A DNA stretch of 27,936 nucleotides from Promethearchaeota archaeon (lineage in GTDB: Archaea; Asgardarchaeota; Thorarchaeia; Thorarchaeales; Thorarchaeaceae): NCBI GenBank assembly GCA_048939765.1, contig JBHLPF010000037.1, positions 8,353 to 36,288 on the forward strand. Direction: 5' to 3'. Under the pieces are notes generated by a model. It searched no databases, was not told the origin of the DNA, and saw nothing but the letters and a program-made list of their open reading frames with translations. Each line of letters starts with the position of its first letter. Position 1 is the stretch's first letter. Below are positions 23,139 to 27,936 of the stretch, one piece after another. Made by a program: the position numbers and the translations under genes.

Positions 23139-25432
23139 TGAAGCAAGTCGGATGGCTCCTTGATGCCACCGTCGACTACAAGAATCAGGCACTGACGCTG
23201 TGGATCAAGGCCAGTGGGAAGACCCGTGGATATGTGTACAAAGAGTTCCACCCCTCAGTCTTTGTCAGTCGCGAGAAGAAGAGAGGACTGGACTGGAGTT
23301 ATGATGACATCCTCAAAGCGGCCCGTGCACATCCCAAGGTGACGAAGACAAGATTCACTCAGAAGCGTGTCAGTGTCTATGATCAAGAGATGAGCCGCGT
23401 ATTGGAGGTCTTCACTACACCAGATGCCCACAGGGAAGTGGCAGGAGACCTAGAACAGATTCCTGGAGTCACCGTGTTTCACGGAGACATCGACCCTGTG
23501 CATCAGTTCTTCATCCACGACGACATCTTCCCATTTGGCAAGGTTGTCTTCGAGTCGAAGGGAAACACTGTCACTGCGATAAGATGCATCGACAGGCGAG
23601 AGGACACTGACTATGAGATGCCAGACCTTGAGGAGATAGGCTTTGAGGTGTTCGTTGATGCCAGACGGGTCTTTCCCAGAATTGAGGACAAGATTCACCA
23701 CATTGACGTATATCATAAGGGACTGACCATTCGAATTGAGGGCGAGAGTGAGAGGGAGATTCTAGAAGAGTTTCAGAGGACCGTCGACGGAATTGACCCA
23801 GATGTGATAGTCACCAGGGATGGGGATGCGACGCTGTTCAGATACCTGACATTGCGAGCAAAGCTAAATGGCGTGCAGCTTGTCATATCACGAAACGGAT
23901 CCCCCTTGAATGTCAAGAGTAAGGAGGGAAAATCATACTGGGTGTATAATCAGATCTTCTTCAAATCAGGCAACCAAGTCATGTTCAACGGCCGAATCCA
24001 CATTGACAGGATGCAGAGCTTCTACTACTCGCCGACGGGCCTTGAGGGCGTGATGGAGGGGTGCAGGCTCTCATATGCAAGACCACAGAAAGCATCGCGG
24101 ATGTCAATTGGCACAATCAATGCGGCTGTCCAATATTACAATGCGTACAAGATGGGAATCCTGATACCACCGGTGAAGAAGAACCCAGAGTTCCTGAAGA
24201 CTGTAACCGATCTTGCTTCCATTGATAGAGGAGGTCTCATTCTTCAACCAAAGCCAGACATCTATGAGAACATTGCTGAGTGTGACTTCTCGTCGATGTA
24301 TCCCACGTTGATGGTGACACGGAACATAAGCCCAGAAACCATCTGCACAGTTGAAGACTGTCCGGACTGTCCCACGTATTGCGTCGAGGTCCCTGAGGTG
24401 CCAATCCGTATCTGTCAACGAAAGAGAGGAATTGTGGCTCGGTCACTGGAACTGGTGTTGGAGAAACGTGAGGCCTTTACGCAGCTGATAGAACGAGGGT
24501 ATGACGCAAAGAAATACGAACGCATGCAGAACACACTCAAGGGCATACTGGTGTCATGCTTTGGATACTTGGGCTTCAGGAACGCTAGATTTGGAAGAGT
24601 AGAGGCACACACGGCAGTCACTGGACTGGCACGAGATGTACTTCTACAGACGCAAGATATCGGAGAGGAAATGGGTCTTGAACTGGTACATGGTATTGTC
24701 GACTCAGTGTGGCTCAGATCCAGAGGCAGACCTGACTATAACACACTTCGGGAGTTTTGTAGACGTGTCACGGAAGAGACCAACATCAAGATGTCCCTGA
24801 AGGGGATATTCAAGTGGATGGTTATTCCCTCATCACGACTCCACCCATCTATCGCACCATTGAATCGGTACTATGGCGTCTACACTAACGGGGGCATCAA
24901 GACACGAGGTATTGAAACTAGGCGACGAGACACCTGTCTGTATGTGGGCGATTGCCAGGCTTCAATGCTCAAGGTGCTTGCCCGCGCCCAAAACAGGGCC
25001 GAATTCATAGAGAGGATACCAGAGGCACATTTGGTATGTCAGGATTTCATTGAGAGGCTCTATAGAGGAGATGTTGACATTCGGGACTTGGTCCTGCACA
25101 ATCGACTCACACGTGAACCACGCGAGTACCGTGCGACATCAAGAGCGGCAATAGTTGCTCAGCAGCTCGTGGAGAGCGGTCGAGAATTACATGCAGGACA
25201 GAAGGTACGTTATGTTCTCGTGAGCGCAGACTCAGAGAGCCCTCTGCGTCGTGTCAGGGCACTCGAGCTATTTGATGACGCCACGAGATATGACCCCGGG
25301 GCATATGCGGACCTCTGCCTTAGAGCATTTGAGAATCTGATACCACATCAGTTTCTTGAAGAACAGGATTTGCCCTCCAAAGAGGATGTTCTAGCGCATG
25401 CGCCGAAACTCCGAGGACTTTCTACTCAGTGA
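23135..25432 (+). CDS. polB2: Family B DNA polymerase, archaeal PolB2 (Dpo2-like) group, exonuclease-degenerate
   Basis: Motif A DFSSMYP, motif B QNTLKGILVSCFGYLG, motif C HGIVDSVW (instead of YGDTDS), NRYYG, RGIETRRRD; ExoI and ExoII acidic motifs are degenerate. Confidence 0.88.
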   Translation: MMKQVGWLLDATVDYKNQALTLWIKASGKTRGYVYKEFHPSVFVSREKKRGLDWSYDDILKAARAHPKVTKTRFTQKRVSVYDQEMSRVLEVFTTPDAHREVAGDLEQIPGVTVFHGDIDPVHQFFIHDDIFPFGKVVFESKGNTVTAIRCIDRREDTDYEMPDLEEIGFEVFVDARRVFPRIEDKIHHIDVYHKGLTIRIEGESEREILEEFQRTVDGIDPDVIVTRDGDATLFRYLTLRAKLNGVQLVISRNGSPLNVKSKEGKSYWVYNQIFFKSGNQVMFNGRIHIDRMQSFYYSPTGLEGVMEGCRLSYARPQKASRMSIGTINAAVQYYNAYKMGILIPPVKKNPEFLKTVTDLASIDRGGLILQPKPDIYENIAECDFSSMYPTLMVTRNISPETICTVEDCPDCPTYCVEVPEVPIRICQRKRGIVARSLELVLEKREAFTQLIERGYDAKKYERMQNTLKGILVSCFGYLGFRNARFGRVEAHTAVTGLARDVLLQTQDIGEEMGLELVHGIVDSVWLRSRGRPDYNTLREFCRRVTEETNIKMSLKGIFKWMVIPSSRLHPSIAPLNRYYGVYTNGGIKTRGIETRRRDTCLYVGDCQASMLKVLARAQNRAEFIERIPEAHLVCQDFIERLYRGDVDIRDLVLHNRLTREPREYRATSRAAIVAQQLVESGRELHAGQKVRYVLVSADSESPLRRVRALELFDDATRYDPGAYADLCLRAFENLIPHQFLEEQDLPSKEDVLAHAPKLRGLSTQ

Positions 25433-26765
25433 TAGCGTGCGCCTGCATAGCAATTCTGGGCTTGAGCTCACGTACTGGAATGCCAGTTTCCTTGGAGACC
25501 TTCATGACGTCATCAGCCTCAGGTTTGATGTTGATTATACTCCCATCAACACCACGAGAGACCTTGACACGGACCATGAACTCCATGCCCTCGATTTCCA
25601 TCTTACACACAATGGTCTCTCTTGCGGCCTTGAGTCGGTCCCAAGTTGTGTATCGAATTCCCAAGGTTCCAAGATGCCTGATCATGATTTCTGCGATTTT
25701 CTGCAATGCCGATTTAGCTGCAATCACCTTGACTACATAAGCAGGACGATTCTTCTTTCCATAGGCAGGAATCATCACCACATCATAAGCAAGGCCCTCT
25801 GACAGGAGGGTATCGAACATGGTTCCCATTATCTCGCCATCAATGTCATCAACATTGGTTTCGATAACGATTACTTCATCCGCACTCCATGAATCAATCA
25901 TCCCAAATCTATCCTCCTTTTTCTTCGTCGGTGCAGCTTTTTTCTTTGCAGGCTCTTTCTTGGGTGGTGCTTTCTTGGTTGGCTTCTTTGTTTCAGGTCT
26001 TGCCTCATCAGTAAACTCGCCGACAATGACCCTCATTCGATTAGCCACATCGCCCAGGTCACGAGAACCAAAACCAACACCTTGTTGCCTTACCATGAAG
26101 CCTTCCGATGATTCCACGAACTCAGTTGCTAATGTTACCAAAAGGGCAGCGCCTGTCGGCGTTAGGACCTCGGTCTTTGCTTCGCCCATTATGAATGGAA
26201 CATCATTTGCCACAAGTATCTCAGCTACGGCAGGAACAGGCACCTCGAGGGGGCCATGGTCTGTTTGTATGGTGCCGCTCCCGACCGCCACATGAGTGGC
26301 AATAATCTTTGTATCAGCAAGAAGGCCCGAACGTTCCATGAGATATGCAGTTCCAATCAAATCGAGGATTGTATCGACCGAACCGGTTTCGTGAAGATGC
26401 AGCTTGTCTATTGGGGTTTCATGTGCTCTCGATTCAGCCTGCAGAATCTCATCCAATGCCCTCTGAGCTATTTGCTTCGCGGGGGGTGATAGCTCCAATT
26501 CCTCGGCAACTGCATCTAGCATCTCAATCAAGTCATTTGCCCTGAAGCGTATGCCAGAGTCCTTTGAAACCTCTAATCGAACCCCTGACTCGTCACCCAC
26601 AGTCTTAGTGGTGAATCGAACCCTCAATGCTGGATCGTAAAGCAATAGACTAGCAGCCACGGGAAGAAGAGCATCGTCTTCACTCAGAAAATCGACTAAT
26701 GCAGATAGAAACATGTCCCCTGATGTGCCAGCAGTCCTGACATCAATAAGGACGGTTCGTGTCAA
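25422..26765 (-). CDS. larC: Nickel-pincer nucleotide cofactor nickel insertase LarC (DUF111)
   Basis: AGTSGDMFLSAL, HLHETGSVD, HGPLEVPVPA, TPTGAALL, GFGSRD, IETNVDD, KKNRP, TLGIR, KPE. Confidence 0.9.
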   Translation of the reverse strand: MTRTVLIDVRTAGTSGDMFLSALVDFLSEDDALLPVAASLLLYDPALRVRFTTKTVGDESGVRLEVSKDSGIRFRANDLIEMLDAVAEELELSPPAKQIAQRALDEILQAESRAHETPIDKLHLHETGSVDTILDLIGTAYLMERSGLLADTKIIATHVAVGSGTIQTDHGPLEVPVPAVAEILVANDVPFIMGEAKTEVLTPTGAALLVTLATEFVESSEGFMVRQQGVGFGSRDLGDVANRMRVIVGEFTDEARPETKKPTKKAPPKKEPAKKKAAPTKKKEDRFGMIDSWSADEVIVIETNVDDIDGEIMGTMFDTLLSEGLAYDVVMIPAYGKKNRPAYVVKVIAAKSALQKIAEIMIRHLGTLGIRYTTWDRLKAARETIVCKMEIEGMEFMVRVKVSRGVDGSIINIKPEADDVMKVSKETGIPVRELKPRIAMQAHAITE

Positions 26766-26975
26766 TTCGGCATTCTCCAGTGTGGTCGATTGTCTGACTC
26801 ATGGCGCAACTGAGCCGACCTTTTCTTTCTTTCGAGGGCATAGGTTGATGGCCTTTGTTCGTGGCCAGACTAGAATTCTTGCGGGTAGCCTAAATAATGT
26901 TGCCAGCACGAATAGATGAGCTCTGCGGCGAAAATGGGTGTACATCCGAACATTAGAGGACTCTTCGATTCGGAT

Positions 26976-27788
26976 TCATTCTTTGAATGTCATCCGCGCA
27001 TTTCTATTCGTCGCAGAGCCACCTTGCCGCCACTGCTCAAAGATTGCCATATACATGCATTCCTCTGGGCTAATCCACATATCAGAAGAGTCAAACGACT
27101 CATCGATGAACTCAACTGGTGCAGAGCGAATCAAGGCAGCGGGGATTGATTCGTCTGACTCGCCCATCACTGCGGTACATGCAGAGGCGAGATTATCCGC
27201 AATTGCTCGTCTTGTTATCCGCATTTCGTTGCCAAAGAGATCACTTCGACCTCTATCATCTGCGACTGGTCGAAATCCAGCCACGCCAAGCGCCATCCCA
27301 ATATTCCCTAAGCGTAGTGGTTGAGTCCTGCTATCAATTATCAGCACTCCGATGTTTCGCCTATATCGATCATTTGCCTCACGTCTAATTCTTTCAGCAC
27401 TCCCCCTGGGGTCAGCAGGTAGCAGAGACGCATGGCCGGGTGGTACATTGGACTTGTCAACGCCTGCGTTAGCCATGAGTGTGTTGTTCTTGATTGTTAG
27501 AATCACATAGGGAATCCCGCCCAGAATCTCATCTGCCTCCCTGAGCACAAGCTCTGCGACCTCAGGTAGGAGATTATACTCATCCGCTAACTCGATGGCC
27601 TCTTCGCTAGGGTCAATCTCACCAAGTTTGACAACTCGCCCTTCAGCAGTCCCTAGTGGAGTTTCTGCAATACAAAGGAGGTCATTATCCTTCAATTCGA
27701 TATCCTGTGCTTCTAGCGCGTCAATGAGGACATCCAGAATGTCATCATTCTCGGAGATGATTCGTGTCTTAATGGGGATTATTTCCAT
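26976..27788 (-). CDS. cofE: Coenzyme F420-0:L-glutamate ligase
   Basis: AEGRVV, MANAGVDKSN, LLPADPRGSA, IIDSR..PLRLG..G.ALG..G, DLFGNEM, ADNLASA..VMGESDESIP. Start set at ATG 27788 behind GAGGAG. Confidence 0.93.
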   Translation of the reverse strand: MEIIPIKTRIISENDDILDVLIDALEAQDIELKDNDLLCIAETPLGTAEGRVVKLGEIDPSEEAIELADEYNLLPEVAELVLREADEILGGIPYVILTIKNNTLMANAGVDKSNVPPGHASLLPADPRGSAERIRREANDRYRRNIGVLIIDSRTQPLRLGNIGMALGVAGFRPVADDRGRSDLFGNEMRITRRAIADNLASACTAVMGESDESIPAALIRSAPVEFIDESFDSSDMWISPEECMYMAIFEQWRQGGSATNRNARMTFKE

Positions 27789-27848
27789 CAGTGACTCCTC
27801 AGCTCCGGCGTGGAGGCACACCAAGATAAAACCTCTCAATGAAGGCAA

Positions 27849-27935
27849 TTAGACCTTGGAATTCTTCGACCGTTGAAGCTCCATCCTTGATTCCATTATG
27901 CATTTGTCGTCCTTTCGCCCGCCCATTGGATTATG
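27849..27935 (-). CDS. Possible 3' end of an upstream gene (partial)
   Basis: Short open frame from the window edge (HNPMGGRKDDKCIMESRMELQRSKNSKV) to a TAA at 27849-27851; no recognisable motif. Confidence 0.2.
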   Translation of the reverse strand, partial: HNPMGGRKDDKCIMESRMELQRSKNSKV

Positions 27936-27936
27936 A

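Noticed and set aside
469-27852. Many 60-165 aa ORFs overlapping the annotated genes (for example 469-699, 6127-6564, 8541-9038, 13273-13761, 25819-26295)
   Set aside because: They are antisense or alternate-frame shadows of well-supported genes and have no recognisable motifs.
1-27936. tRNA, rRNA, transposase or integrase genes
   Set aside because: No cloverleaf, rRNA-like tract or mobile-element protein motif was recognised by eye.

Overview
Gene-dense archaeal window, most likely from an Asgard archaeon. The Thorarchaeia-like placement is an inference from two Rab-like GTPases, a Roadblock protein, a HEAT/coatomer-appendage-like protein, an archaeal cdhABCDE operon and cofE. Left (1-5230) is a signalling island: a partial TPR-like gene, two single-domain KaiC-family ATPases, a CxxC thioredoxin with KaiB-like sequence, a Roadblock/LC7 protein, a Rab-like GTPase and a HEAT-repeat protein whose C-terminus resembles the beta-COP/adaptin appendage. 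The middle (5237-20131) is a Wood-Ljungdahl block: cooC-cdhABCDE-cooC, fwdG-like, fwdB-like (W/Mo ligand lost), an hdrA-mvhD fusion, an fwdF polyferredoxin and a degenerate fwdD-like gene. The right part holds a second Rab-like GTPase, a DUF3786 protein, a membrane-anchored beta-propeller, the small-protein/polB2 pair, larC and cofE. The best candidates for an undescribed system are (1) a redox-active KaiB-like thioredoxin coupled to a 'split' KaiC (CI-like with B-loop plus a degenerate second domain) beside a Roadblock/GTPase pair, (2) a Rab-like GTPase next to a mini proto-coatomer/adaptin protein, and (3) a cofactor-less Fwd/HdrA electron-transfer module next to CODH/ACS. All family calls come from motif recognition and recalled reference sequences; no database searches were run.
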